A stretch of 63,449 bases of DNA, filler included, from Chiloscyllium plagiosum (GCF_004010195.1; 4 parts of one record of this genome joined end to end with filler, not necessarily neighbours in it), one strand, 5' to 3'. Shown: positions 37,790 to 51,030, numbered from the whole stretch's first letter. Translations and numbers: made by a program. Notes: a model not told the origin generated them from the letters alone.

Positions 37790-38404
37790 CAAACAAGCAA
37801 AAACAGAGATTGCTGGAGAATATCAGCATGCCTGGCAGCATCAGTGAAGAGGAAACAAAGTTAACATTTCGAGTCCTGTGACCCTTCTTCACAACTTGAA
37901 GATCGAGGAAAAAGTGGTATGTTGATGATGGAGGATGGGCGATTGGACTGCAAAAAGAATGAGTGGATCAGTGGAGAGGATTTCTAGAGGGAGAGACTGA
38001 GAAAAAGTGTAGGCAGACGATGGGATTGTTGACAGTAGACCAGGGAAGAAGAGAAGCTAGATCGTGATAACGAGGATTATGCGTAGTTGAAAGTATGTTG
38101 GCTGTACTCAATACAACCTGTTTTGTGACTGTACCTGGGGTTTTGAGGGTAGACATAGACAAAGAATGGAGTGCTCATGCTCTGAAATTGTTAAACTTGA
38201 TGTTGAGTATTGAAGGTTACAAGGTGCCTAAGCAGAAGATGCATTGAGTTTTGCTGGCATACTACAGCAGGCTTAAGACAGAAATGTTGGTCTAGGAACA
38301 CAGTGGGTTAGTGAAGCTGCAGGTAACTGGAAAGTCAAGGTCATTCATATGGACAGAATGTAAGTGTTCAGCAAAGCGATCACCCAGTCTGTGTTTCGTC
38401 TCTC
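37790..38404 (-). mobile_element. Old Penelope-like element 3' portion (family D terminus)
   Basis: aaaacagagattgctggagaa...gacccttcttca terminus; minus strand ttaggcaccttgtaaccttca (LGTL-P) as in the 35177 ORF. Confidence 0.6.
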
Positions 38405-38733
38405 TATGATTAGGGGTTTAGATAGGGTTGACCGTGAGAACCTTTTTCCACGTATGGAGTCAGCTATTACGAGGGGCCATAGTTTTAAATTAAGGGGTGG
38501 TAGGTATAGGACAGATGTTAGGGGTAGGTTCTTTACTCAGCGAGTCGTGAGTTCATGGAATGCCCTGCCAGTAGCAGTGGTGGACTCTCCCTCTTTATGG
38601 GCATTTAAGTGGGCATTGGATAGGAATATGGAGGATAGTGGGCTAGTGTAGGTTAGGTGGGCTTGGATCGGCGCAACATCGAGGGCCAAAGGGCCTGTAC
38701 TGCGCTGTATTCTTCTATGTTCTATGTTCTATG
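38405..38733 (+). mobile_element. Young CR1 3' end with (TTCTATG)n tail
   Basis: ORF 38364..38651 TRGHSFKL...FFTQRVVSSWNALP; tail ttctatgttctatgttctatg. Confidence 0.85.
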
Positions 38734-38977
38734 AAAGGCCTTAGATAGTGAGGGTGGAGGAAGGATGAGAGGTGGTGAATCTGAAATAAAATCACTGATG
38801 TCACAGGAAAGTTGTGCCATGTTAATTGGACAGTAACTGCTGTTAGCATTTGTATATTAGTCAGATTTCTTATTCCATTTAGAATTTATCAAGAGTTGTG
38901 AAGTTTATTCAATTAAGACCATGTAAAATAAACTTAATATTAGTAAATTGAAGTGAAATAAAGTTAATGTAAATGAA

Positions 38978-39527
38978 GCACTGTTAATTCAGAGGCCCAG
39001 GCAATGTTCTGGGGACCTGGGTTTGAATCCTGCCACGGCAGATGGTGAAATTTGAATTCAGTAAAATTTTGGAATTAAGAATCTAATGATGACCATTAAA
39101 CCATTGCCGATTATTTGGGAAAACCCATCTGGTTTAGTTGTGGCAGGGCAGCTTGATCTTGTAGAATTTTAAAAATGTATTTGTGGGATGAAAATGTTGC
39201 TGGTTTAGCCAGCATTTATTGCCCATTCCTAATTTCCCAGAAGATAGTTAAGAGTAAACCACGTTGCTGTGGGTCTGGGCTCATATGGAGGCCAGATCAG
39301 GTAAGGATGGCAGTTTCCTTCCCTAAATGACACAACTAGACCAGATGGGTTTTCCCCAATAATTAGCAATGGTTTAATGGTCATCATTAGATTCTTAATT
39401 CCAAAATTTTACTGAATTCAAATTTCACCATCTGCCGTGGCAGGATTCAAACCCAGGTCCCCAGAACATTGCCTGGGTCTCTGAATTAACAGTGCAGTGA
39501 TATTATCCAAGGCCATTATCTCCCCAT
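38978..39527. repeat. Deu/SacSINE1-like SINE (about 39165-39527, minus) with a 165-bp inverted duplicate of its 5' part (38978-39142)
   Basis: 38978-39142 is the reverse complement of 39331-39495 with few mismatches. Confidence 0.85.
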
Positions 39528-39589
39528 GGGGAATGCATATGGCCAAAGATGTCAAAAGTCATGGATACTACTGGTAACCTCATCAACCA

Positions 39590-40300
39590 CATGTCCAGGA
39601 TGTGTTATGAGTTGTAGATAATGAGCTTTGTCTTTCAGAGCATGAGCAGAGACTGTAATCTTTGTGGTATATCTACAAGGTAGAAGGTTACGTGGATAGC
39701 CTCTTCAGAGGGTTGGCCACACCACAAGCTAGAAGCTTTGAAGCAGAGAGAGAGAATGGACGACTAACCGGCAGTTGAAAAGAACCAGGCAGATATTGCA
39801 TGAGACTTCTGAGATCCCACTTGCAAATAGGTTTTCTATTTTGGATATTGATGAGGACATTAGTTCTTCAGAGAACTGCAGTCACAGCCACATTCAGGGC
39901 AGCATAGTGGTTCCACTGTAACGGAAGGAGGAAGAAGAGGGAAAGAATAGAGTTGATCAGGAATTCATTAGTCAGAGAAATTAGTCATTAGACAGGGTGA
40001 TATGTTGCCTTCCAGATTGTACGGAACGGCTGCAGGATATTCTTCTGGAAGGAGCAACCAGAGATTTATGGTCATGTCGGGACCAATGACTTAGGTAAGA
40101 AATGTGATAAGGATCTAAAAGAAGATTTTTAGGGAGCTAGGAAGAAGGTTCAAAAGCAGAATCTCTAAAACAGTCTCAGATTTCTCCAAGTGCCACTTAC
40201 TAATGTGCATGGAAATAGGAAATTGAATTATTGAACGTATGGTTGGAAAGCTGGTTTAGGAGGGAGGGCATTACATTTCTTAGGCATCAGGACCAGTCGA
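39590..40300 (+). mobile_element. Degenerate CR1 ORF1 (esterase-like) fragment
   Basis: catgtcgggaccaatgacttaggt = HVGTNDLG; tgttgccttcca = CCLP. Confidence 0.6.
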
Positions 40301-40379
40301 CTCCAGAATTAAATCAATGGTTTGAGTAGTGGACAGAAAAGCAGCAAGGTATTTCAATTCAGAGAAAAGTGAAGCATTT

Positions 40380-40717
40380 TGGCTCAGTGGTTAGCAATGC
40401 TGCCTCATAGCACTAGAGCCTGGGGTTTGATTCCAGCCTCGGGCGACTGAATGGGTGGATTTTGCACATTCTCCCCGTGTCTGCGTGGATTTCCTTTGGG
40501 TGCTCTGGTTTCCTCCCACAGTCCAAAGATGTGCAGGTCAGGTGATTTGGCCAAGCTAAATTGCCCACAGTGTTCAGGGATGTGTAGTTTAGATGTATTA
40601 GCCAGGGGACATGTACAGTAGCAGGGGAATGAGTCTGTGCGGGATATTCTTCAGAGGGTCAGTGTGGACTTGTTGGCCTAAGGGCCTGTTTCCTCATTGT
40701 TGGGACTCTGATTCTGA
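40380..40717 (+). mobile_element. HE1-type SINE
   Basis: tggctcagtggttagc head; cctcccacagtccaaagatgtgcaggt body. Confidence 0.8.
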
Positions 40718-40944
40718 TAGTAATACATTTGGAGGGGGGAATATACAATAGACGGCATATTGAGATGGTTAAAGGAAATGAGAAATCTTGGAATTCAGGT
40801 CCTTAAAGGTGAAAAGACAGGTACATATGAATGTAATAAAAAAGCAGAAATAGGCTATTTGGCCCCTCAAGCCTGTTCACTAAATTCACGACTGCTCTGT
40901 TTTTTTTTCAAGTTCCACATTCAAGGTTATCAGAGATAGACAGG

Positions 40945-41740
40945 ATTTACTTTCCATCTACCAGCCTCTGCATCCAGATAAGAAGTCATTTCCATCACCT
41001 CCAGCCGGATGCCACATTGAGCCACATATTCCCCTCCCTTGTCAGCCTTCCACAGGCCTGTTCCTTCTGTGATACACTTGCCCACTCCTTCCCACAATGC
41101 CACAGCATCTTCCCATGCAAGTGCAGATAGTGTAACACCTACCCATTTACCTCCTCTCTAGCCAAGTCCCTAGACACACCTTCCAGGTTAATTAGCAGCT
41201 TACCTGCATTTCACTCTATCTAGCCTACTGCATCCATTGCTCGCAATGTGGTTTCCTCTACACTGGGGAGACAAAATGCCACTTGGTTGACTACTTTGCA
41301 GAATACCAATGTTCTGTCTGTATAAATGACACTGAGCCTCCAGTTACTAGCCACTTCATCAAGTGTTCCGAAAAAAGTATCATTTCTGTCGCAGCCTGTT
41401 ACAGTACTCCAGTGAGGATCAGTGCAAGCTTGAAGCACAGCAACTCATTTCCAGCCAGATGACCCTGCAGCTTCCGGGACTCAGCATCGACTTCAAACAC
41501 TTTACAGCCTGATTCTGTCTTTCCATGTTTTATACCTATCCCCACACCCTGGACCTGTCATACCAAAGGTTGTTTTCATCACAGCCTACACAGCATCTCC
41601 TACAATAAGCCCTCATTATCACTTATTCAGCTTCTCTTCAGTCCTGGTGTCCTGGTCTATTATTAATAATCCTTCTTCACCCCTCCTGTCTCAAGATGGG
41701 TGACCAAACTTGAAACATTATCTCTGTTTTCTCCCCACAC
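40945..41740 (+). mobile_element. Old Penelope-like element GIY-YIG fragment
   Basis: Translation LAYCIHCSQCGFLYTGETKCHLVDYFAE around 41220-41305. Confidence 0.7.
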
Positions 41741-41835
41741 ATACACTCGATCAGCAACCTTGCAGGTTAAAGCTCTTCAAGTGCACACCCAGAATGTTTT
41801 TGATAAGTTGAGGGTTTGTGCCACTACCAGAAAAC

Positions 41836-42045
41836 CAAAGTAGACCGGCAGGAAGCTGGAAGAACACAGCAAGCCCAGCAGCATCAGGAGGTGTAGAAGT
41901 CGCTGTTTCGGGTATAACCCTCCATTTCTGAAGAAGGGTTACAACTGAAACGTTGACTTCTCCACCTCCAGATGCTGCCGTGCTTGCTGTGTTCTTCCAG
42001 CCTCCTGCCTATCTTCTTTGGATTGCAGCATCTGTAGTTTTTTTG
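41836..42045. mobile_element. Palindromic Penelope-derived element family E
   Basis: gctggaagaacacagcaagc / gcttgctgtgttcttccagc arms; CTGAAGA-AGGGTTACAACT-GAAACGTT near 41928-41954. Confidence 0.7.
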
Positions 42046-42770
42046 TGCAAGGTTTGTGAAGGTTTGTAGCTCAGGTTGAGGTTTAGGGTGTAGGTTGCTC
42101 GCTGAGCTGTAGGTTTGATATCCAGATGTTTCATTACCTGGCTAGGTAACATCATCAGTGGCGACTTCCAAGTGAAGCGAAGCTGTTGTCTCCTGCTTTC
42201 TATTTATATGTTTGTCCTGGATGGGGTTCCTGGGGTTTGTGGTGATGTCATTTCCTGTTCGTTTTCTAAGGGGTTGATAGATGGTATCTAGATCTATGTG
42301 TTTGTTTATGGCGTTGTGGTTGAAGTGCCAGGCCTCTAGGAATTCTCTGGCATGTCTTTGCTTAGCCTGTCCCAGGATAGATGTACGTCCCAGTCGAAAT
42401 GGTGGTTTTTTTCATCCGTGTGCAGGGCTACGAGGGAGAGAGGGTTGTGTCTTTTTGTGGCTAGCTGGTGTTCGTGTATCCTGGTGGCTAACTTTCTTCC
42501 TGTTTGTCCTACGTAGTGTTTGTGGCAGTCCTTGCATGGAATTTTGTAGATGACGTTGGTTTTGTCCATGGGTTGTACAGGGTCTTTTAAGTTTGTTAGT
42601 TTTTGTTTGAGAGTGTTGGTGGGTTTGTGTGCTACTAGGATTCCGAGGGGTCTTTGTAGTCTGGTTGTCATTTCTGAAACTTCTTTGATGTATGGTAAGG
42701 TGGTTAGGGTTTCTGGCTGTGATTGGTCTGCTTGTCATGGTTTGTTCTTGAGGAATCTGCAGACTGTATT
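42046..42770 (-). mobile_element. Penelope/Poseidon-type element 3' end with GIY-YIG endonuclease
   Basis: ORF 42336..42671(-) NVIYKIPCKDCHKHYVGQTGRKLATRIHEH...HHFDW. Confidence 0.88.
42122..42161 (-). ncRNA. Minimal type I hammerhead ribozyme motif (family C)
   Basis: CCA-CTGATGA-T-GTTACCT-AGCC-AGGTAAT-GAAA-CA-TC-TGG: stem I CCA/TGG, 7-bp stem II. Confidence 0.7.
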
Positions 42771-45619
42771 TTTTTTGTCTCTAACCACCAGAAAATCAAA
42801 CAATGAATTCCTGGTACCATGTTTTTGTTTGTGTCCTTTCCAATAATCACCTTAAAACCCACACATTATGCTACTTGACCTATGTGGTTGGGGAAGCAGA
42901 TGTTTCCTGTCCAATTTATCCTTGTTCCTCTATTTTGTGCACATTGATTAAGGTACCCCTTGAATAAGAAAATAAAATCTTTGCCGATCCAGTCTTTGAT
43001 CATAGCTACAATTTTCAAACTTTGGCTATAATGCAGTGACCAGAACTTTACACAAAGTACCAGTTGTGACCCAAGCAGCAGCTTGGACAGTTCCAGCATT
43101 AGATCCCTGCCTTTTGTTTTCTATACCTCATCTGATAAAGGCAACTATTTTGTATGCTTGCTTTGCCACTAAATTTGACACTACCTATTTAGGATGAAGA
43201 TAAGGTTGAAGTTTCCTCTGCGGAATGGGTGATGTTGGATCTCTCTACTTCAGATGTTGGTACAGACTAGGTCATTAAATGCTTTTAAGTAATAGATGCT
43301 TAATGAAACAAAGAATGCTGGAGATTTGAAACAAAAACAGAATTTGCTCGTCAAACTCAACAGGTCAGTAGCATCATTTGGAGAAAACAGAGATAACGTT
43401 TCGAGTCTGGTCACCCATCTTCAGCTGATATAAACTGGGAAAATATGCCGAACGCAGGGATGAGGAGAGTGGATAAGTTGTGGCGGATCCCAAAAGGGGA
43501 GAGACATGAAAGGCAGACTTGTCCTTTCTATCGTAGGGTGACCAGGACTGCATGCATTACTCCAAATGCAGTCTCACCAATATCTTACTACTATTTGCTT
43601 AACTATTTGGACTATTGTTGGACTGAAAAAGGATTTTCCAGGTGATTTCTTGGGAAAGAAATCAATAATTTAATATGTGCTTTGCATTTCTTTCTTTCTA
43701 CTGGATATTAAATGGTTTTGGAGAATCAGCTAAGCAAATCTTTCAAGGAGCTAACGGATAGAGTTCATTACCTTAATTACTGAAACAAAAAAATGGATTT
43801 TAAAGAACTAGGAGCCCCTTTGCTAATAGTTAACAAGCTCCCTCTCTGGACTTAGATTTCTGTTTGACAGACTCAGGAGTCAAATTGTAAAGAATAAGCC
43901 ACAGAAGCTTGAAAACCTGTTCCTGAAATCCATTTTCATTTGAAATCCCTGAGATCCTGAAAGAGTTTCCAAATGCCAGTATCTCTGTCTCCGTGGTAAA
44001 GCCTGAGAAGCTACACTGTGAGCATGTCCCAGGGACTCAAGTACAAGTTGGCTGGGAACAGAACTGTTATCTACCATCAATCTATTACTATCAGCACTTT
44101 AACTGTTTCAGCAGGATAAAGTAGACATTAGAAGTCATCATATTTGATCCTTTGCTTCCAAATCTTTGCATTATAGTGGTTGTTTTTCCTTTTTGCCAAT
44201 TTTTCAATCCATCATGTCATCTGGATAGTTAGATTCCCTACAGTATGGAACCAGGCCCTTTGGTCCAACAGGTCCACACTGACTCTCCAAAGAGTAACCC
44301 ACCCAGACCCATTACCCTACCCTATATTTACTCCTGACTAATGCACCTCACACAACGGGCAATTTAGCATGGCCAATTCCCCTGACCTTGTTAGTGTTGT
44401 TCATGTATGCCTGCATGTGGCATTAAGTGAATATGTTTTTTATTCCATATTACACCTTAGGTATTAAACAGAATCTGAAACTTGCTTTAAGAATAAGATT
44501 TGCTTATAATAAACTGAATGTTTTGTTTATTAAACAAAAAAAAGCACTAATGGATGTTTCTTTTGTTCTTGACATTAATATCAAAGAGAAGCAATTTTGG
44601 AAATTGAATCAACACATTTATACTATTAGAGGAATAGTGGAACTTGATTCTCAGTTCATTGCACCCTTACAATTGTAACATGATATTTGACCTAAAATTG
44701 AATTGTTAATTAATAAGGGTTATTTCTGGTGATGTGAAAATGGCAGTTTTGTTTTACTGAAAGCTCAAGGCATTTTTTGTTGAAAGTTTCACAGTAATCA
44801 CAAGCATTAGGAACTGATGTTTTTTTACCCAACTTGCAGGCACTATAGCAATTTTGAACAGCAACATGACTTTGAATGTTTTCATTTACCACCTGTGCAG
44901 GGAGATTGTAATTTTCAATAAATGGCAACGTAATTTACAACAGCCAGTAACTCAAGTTAAATGAGATTATTTGCAACCAGTGTTTTGTGGGGCAGTATAA
45001 TGATGTATGTTTGCGTGTTCTACTAAATGCAAATGAATGAACCATCTGGCACTGTTAGTGGTTAGCATCAACTGCTTGTAATTATATCATGACTGTAACT
45101 CAAAATACATACCAGACACTTCATAGGTGAATTAGGATTAAAACTTTCTGAACTGAAGAGGGAAAGAACAGGAATTGTAGCCTAAGTTAAGTTTTGAAGA
45201 GCTTTCAGTGGAAGCAAAGATGGTGGAGAGGACAAGCAAACACAGAAATTGCTGGAAAAGCTCAGCAGGCCTGGCAGCATCTGTGTGGAGAAATCAGATT
45301 GAACATCGCTGGTCCGGTCACCCTTTCGCAGAACTGGAGAGGACAGATGGTTTAGGTGCTGGCCATGCCAGCAACTCACATGTCCCATGGTAGAAGAAAG
45401 AAAAAGTAGGGTTGATGGATTTGGGTTTGAATGGAAAAATGTCATTGGTGGTGTCCCATAACAAGCTATGTTGAAACTTCAATTGTGACTGCATGTTCAG
45501 CCTACCTGATCCTACAGAGTTGCATATATGGTTATTTCATGATCAGTGAGCAGGCTAACACAAGGCCTGTGTGTAATAATGAGAGGCACGGACTGAGTGG
45601 GCTAAATACTTCTTAAAAA

Positions 45620-45825
45620 CTGAAAATACTGCAGATGTTGGAAATCAAAAACAAAAACAGAAATCATTGGAAAAGCTCAGCAGGTCTGGTTGGTTATTGC
45701 TTGAACCTTTCCTCAAAATCTTCCTTCTGAGAAAGGGCCACTAGATTGAAACATTAACTCTGATTTCTCTCCACAGATGCTGCCAGACCTGCTGAGCTTT
45801 CCAAGAATTTCGGTTTTGTTTCTAA
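45620..45825. mobile_element. Palindromic family D element
   Basis: ggaaaagctcagcaggtctgg / ccagacctgctgagctttcc arms; decayed core ctgagaaagggccactagattgaaacatt. Confidence 0.65.
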
Positions 45826-47669
45826 ATATTTCTGTGCTGTGCATTACTTGCCATCTCTGTGCCGTATAATGACTCAATCCAGAACTATAAATCCAAACTG
45901 TCTGAGGACATAAAGATTGTTTCATGATTCAAAAACTGAAGAAAAAAGGACTCAGGAACTTTCATGATCTGAAATGTTTAAACATTCACTGCCTTTTAAA
46001 TTTGAATAAAAGCTAGTATCTGCCGCATTTCTTTTTGATGTTAAAAAAGACACCTACTCCTGGAATATATTGACTACATGCTCATCCTGTGTGTCTGGTG
46101 TAGTTTCATTAGGCTTCATCTTGAATATTCCATCTGGAATGGTTTGTTTTGGTAGTTGGGCCACAATGATTGGATCAGAAACTTCTTAGGCACTTTGATT
46201 TTCAGTTTTTCAGAGTTTATTGAAGAATGATATGTTTTTAATCTGGTTATTAAATCAATGAATATTTGTTTATAATAGATTGACCGTTTGAGGGAATTTA
46301 GCTTCTTTGTGATTTCTTCATTTATCCCACATGGATAAGTGATTAATAGGACAGTTATATTGTTAGAATCATTTTTTAATGTCTATTTCAAAAATTGGGA
46401 ATGAGAAATATAAAGGAAGGATCGAGGAGATATGAAGAATTATGGGAGTGAAGTATGTGGTGAGGCATTTGGGCATGAGGAGCTGAAATGCAACATTAAA
46501 ACTGAGCTGTTTTTCTGGTGAATAGAGATAACTAATTATAATCTGCAGGCCTTGCATCCCATACGCTCCTGTTGTTGCTTTAGGCCTGCCTGACTATATT
46601 CTCCACTCCCCCTTCTCACACTGGAGTGAATCCATGTTGGGCAGCAAGGTCGGGAGGCTGGGGTTGTTGAGTCAGGAAATTTGCTGACTCGATTGATTTG
46701 AACCTTTCCACAAAAATCTCACCTCATTCCTTCAGCTGGAAACCTGGAATAGGGCAATGTAACCTTAACATCAGAGTCATGTCATGCAGAAGAGAAATTA
46801 GGAAACATCTTTTTCCTGCAAAGAGTGTTTAAATTTTGCACTCTCTCTTGTAGAAAACAATGGATGTCATGACAATTCATATTTTGAATCAGAAGTGAAT
46901 ATATTTTGTGAACCAGGGGTAAAGTGTCAAGGTGGTTAGATTGAGTTAGGATACAGAACATCCATTATCTTACTGAATTATGGAATAGCCTTAAGGGACT
47001 GAATGGTCAACTTATGTTTTCTTCCTATGTTCATATAACTACCTTCTCAGAACTGTTGTGGCAGTGGAACAATCAACCAACATTCAATTCACATTAAGGA
47101 AGTGCATTTGCAATGAGAGGAAAAATCCACTAAAATAGCCAGAGGGTTTGATAGTAAGAGTTTTCAATTTAATCGCAAATGGAAACACCTCAATGTTAAA
47201 ATCCAAAGTATCAAAAATGATGTCTCATTTCACTTCAGCAATACTATTCCTGCAGTACAGCAAACATTATTGAATATGATTATACAGGAAAGGTGCCTCA
47301 AGCTCAATGGCACAGGTAATTTGTAAAGTACTTTAAATTTGCTAGATTGCCTTAATTTTTTTGACATATTGACCTGTGAAAATAAAATCCATCAATGTAT
47401 CCAATATGGTCTCATAAATGTTCTGTTGCATATTTTTTTTTTGGAATTCTAAAATGCTGTCTCGAAACAAAAATTTTGGCATAGAGCATCCACATACACT
47501 ATCACATCTAGAGTTCCATTTTTATTGTGATGTTCAAATGACCTCTGTTGAACTTTAGGAATGATAATCGGATTGCTATAATTAGAATGATTGAAGCAAT
47601 CTTGCTTCTGAAAAGCAGTGAAACAATTGTTTATGTGTTAGTGAATGCTTTTTATTATCTACTAGACAA

Positions 47670-47836
47670 TTAGTCCCAGACCATACAGAACCTCATCATC
47701 TCAAGAGACCTCCCACCCACAGCTTCCAACCTCAGTCCGGGAACCCCGCACTGCCAGGTTCTACCTCCTTCCCAAGATCTACAAGCCTGACCACCCTGGC
47801 CGACCCATTGTCTCAGCATGCTCCTGCCCCACTGAA
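47670..47836 (+). mobile_element. Penelope-like RT N-terminal fragment cut by gap
   Basis: Translation PRTARFYLLPKIYKPDHPGRPIVSACSCPTE. Confidence 0.8.
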
Positions 47837-47936
47837 NNNNNNNNNNNNNNNNNNNNNNNNNNNNNNNNNNNNNNNNNNNNTTAATTAATTAANNNNNNNN
47901 NNNNNNNNNNNNNNNNNNNNNNNNNNNNNNNNNNNN
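47837..47936. other. Artificial gap spacer
   Basis: 44 N + TTAATTAATTAA (47881-47892) + 44 N. Confidence 0.95.
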
Positions 47937-48415
47937 TTCCTAACACGGTCTTGGAGGAGCTGGAGATGGGTGCACTTCCTGCAAGTGTAATCAGCAGGGA
48001 CGTCCATGGCATCCCTCACCTCAAACATGTTGCAAGAGGAACATTGCACTGCCTTCACTGCCATCCCTCTAAAAGTAACCTTTTAAAAAAAAACTAGGTC
48101 CAAGAATAGAACAAGCAAAATGCAGCACTTACCTACTTACCACAACGGGTCTTATTATTAGGTTAGAGGAGGAGGGAGGGTGGGAGGCACTACCTCTGTA
48201 GTGACTCGGGTTCCTCTCCTTTGCGCTTTTATAGGGAAAAAAACCTACCCAGGTAAGCTTGCGCTACACCAGCTTCCGGGTCCGCTCCGCGCGTTTCAAA
48301 AAAAAAACTTTCAAATTTAAACCGTTAAACAAACGTCACCGAGCCTTCAAACAACCACTGCCAAACAGCCCATACCTGCTCCGCTGAGAGAGTGACCTGC
48401 TCCGCTGAGAGAGGT
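47937..48415 (-). mobile_element. CR1 5' UTR and ORF1 start (ATG at 48064), cut by gap
   Basis: MAVKAVQCSSCNMFEVRDAMDVPADYTCRKCTHLQLLQDRV; CpG-rich 5' end; tandem cctgctccgctgagagag x2 at about 48375-48413. Confidence 0.8.
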
Positions 48416-48429
48416 AAGGAGCCAAAGTG

Positions 48430-51030
48430 GGGAAGAAGAGTGAAATACAAATGAGATGATAGGGCAAAATAAAGCAAAGATATGTATCCAGGTTAGAAAG
48501 ACTTGTCTAAAGGCTGTGTCTCTAAATGCATGGAGCATTCACAATATGCTAAATGAATTATCAGGGAAAAAAAATATAGATTTGCTTATAAAGCTGTGAT
48601 AATAGTGACATGGCTGTAGGGTGATCAAAGATGGGAATTGAACATTGAAGAGTATTCATTACTTCAGAAAGACAGAAGAAAAAGAAAAGGTAGTGGGGCA
48701 GAGTTATGAAAAGTGCCAATCAAACAATAGATAAAGAAGGATAGTGACTCGGAGAATCATAATATGAAATCGATATGGGGTGGGGAGCAAAAGAAGTACC
48801 AAAGGGCAGAGAATATTGACTAGTGTCATTTATAGACCCCAAACAGTGCTAGTAATTTAAGGGAAGACATGGAAGAAGAATTCACAGTTGTACATAGTAA
48901 CTGTAATATGTATCTTTAATTTATGTGTAGCTTAAACAAATCAAACTAGCAATGATATTTTCGATAAAGATTTCCTGGACTGAGTGTATGATATTTTTCA
49001 GACCAATATGTTAGGAACCAACCAGAGAACAGGCTCAAAAACAGAAATTACTGGAAAAGGTCAGCAGGGCTGGCAGCATCTGTGGAGAGAAATTAGAGTT
49101 AACGTTTTGGATTGAGTGACCCTTTCTCAGAGAACAGGCTATTTTAGATTTGTATTGTGCAAATGTATTGTGCAATGAGAAACAATTATTCTTGTGTAGG
49201 GTCCCTTGGAGAAGAGTGGCCATAATGTGATAGAATTTTTAATTAAGATAGAGAGTGAAGTTATTAAAACTGAACTTCGGGTTCTGAATCTAAATAAGGA
49301 GTATTAAATAAAATGAATGCATGAGATGCAAATTGGCAAGGATGGATTGGGAAACCTTATTAAATGGTGAATGGACAATGGTTCATATTTAAAGAATATG
49401 TGCATGAATTTTAAAAAAAAACATTCCTGTCCAGTACAAAAGTAAAAGAGGAAAATTGGCTCAACAATTGGCTTCCAAAAGAAATTAGGAATAGTATCAG
49501 ATCCAAAGAAGACATGAAAAAATAGTTGGGAAAAACAGTAAGCCTGAGGATTGGGAGCATTTTTGAATTTATCAATAGAGGAGAGAAACTTTGGTCAAGA
49601 GAGGGAAAATAGAGTATGAGAATAAAATTGCAAGCAACATAGAAACTGGATATAAAATCTGCTATAAATGTAAGAGGAGAAAAGAATTAGTAAGGATAAA
49701 TGTTAGGACCCTTAAGGTCAGAAGTGTGGTGCTGGAAAAACACAGAAGACCAGGTAGCATCTGACGAGCAGGACAATCGACATTTCAGGCATAAGCCCTT
49801 TATCAGAAAGAGCTTCTGCCTGAAACGTCAATTCTCCTGCTCTTTGGATGCTGCCTGATCTGTGCTTTTCAAGCACCCCACTCTCTCGACTCTGACCTCC
49901 TGCATCTGCAGTCCTCACTTTCTCCTTTTTAAGTCAGAAGCCAAGGACATTATAACTGGGAACAAAGAAAAAGAAATGGCAGCAGAGTTTAACACAAAAG
50001 ACAGCACAAATAATATCCCAAAAATGTTAAGAAACCAAAAGTAAATCGATGCTGGTAAGAAAATGGTGGTGGGGTATTTAAAGGGGATATCAGATGACAA
50101 ACTCCTAAGCCTGATCATCTCGAACCCAAAGTGTGGAAAGAATTGGCCCTGAAAAAGTTGGATGCATCAGTGGTTATCCTCCCAAATTCTATAAAACTGC
50201 CATGGAGCAGTTCCCACAAGTAGAAGGGTGGCACCTAAAACCTGACAATTTAAAAAGGGAGTGAGGAAGGCAAAAAAAAGAGAAAATTATAGACCACTTA
50301 GCTTTACATTAGTGGTATGGAAAATTCTGGAATCTGTTCTAAAAGATGTGATAAAAGAACAGGGAAAACATTAACTGAATTGGGAAAACTAGTATTGGGC
50401 TTCTAAAAGGTAAATCATGCTTAATAAATTTACTGAAGGTTTTTGAGAATGTAACTGGTAGAATAGATCAGGGAGAATTAGAGGATGTGGTGTATTTGGA
50501 CTTTCAGAAGGCTTTTGCTAACTTCCCTCATTAGAGGCTAGTGGGCAAAATTAAAGTACATGGGATGGTGGTAATATGTTGGCAGGGATCGAGAATTCAT
50601 TCATAGACACGAAACAGAAAGTGGAAGTAATTGGGTCTTTTTCCAAATGGCAGGCAGTGGCTAGTGGAGTACAATGAGGATAGTGCTTGGACTCAGCTAT
50701 TCACAATTTCTATAAATGACCTGAATGACAGAATCAAATACAACATTTCCAAATTTGCTGATAAAATTGAGCAGGATTGTGAATTGGGACAAGGGTGGCA
50801 TGAGGTTGTAAGGTGATATGGGCAAATGAAATGAGTGGACAAACACTTGGCAGATACATTACAATGTCGTTAAATATGAAGTTATATTATTCAAAGGACA
50901 TCAAAGGGTATGGGGAGAAAGCCGGGGGGTACGGCGTTGAGAGAGGCAATTAGTCAGGCCCATATTGAATGATGGAGCAGGTTTGAAGAACTGGACGGCC
51001 TACTTCTGCCTCCTAGTTTCTATGGTTCCG
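48430..51030 (+). mobile_element. Long degenerate CR1 ORF2 (endonuclease to RT to 3' tail) with two Penelope-derived insertions
   Basis: LKAVSLNA, NYRPLS, GKSCLINLL, DVVYLDFQKAF, ISKFAD remnants; insertions 49036-49127 (TSD CAGAGAACAGGCT) and about 49725-49928. Confidence 0.8.

Noticed and set aside
48150..48215. HDV-like ribozyme at the CR1 5' end (CCTCCTC resembles HDV L3)
   Set aside because: Could not build the P1/P2/P3/P4 nested double pseudoknot by eye; only a simple hairpin is supported
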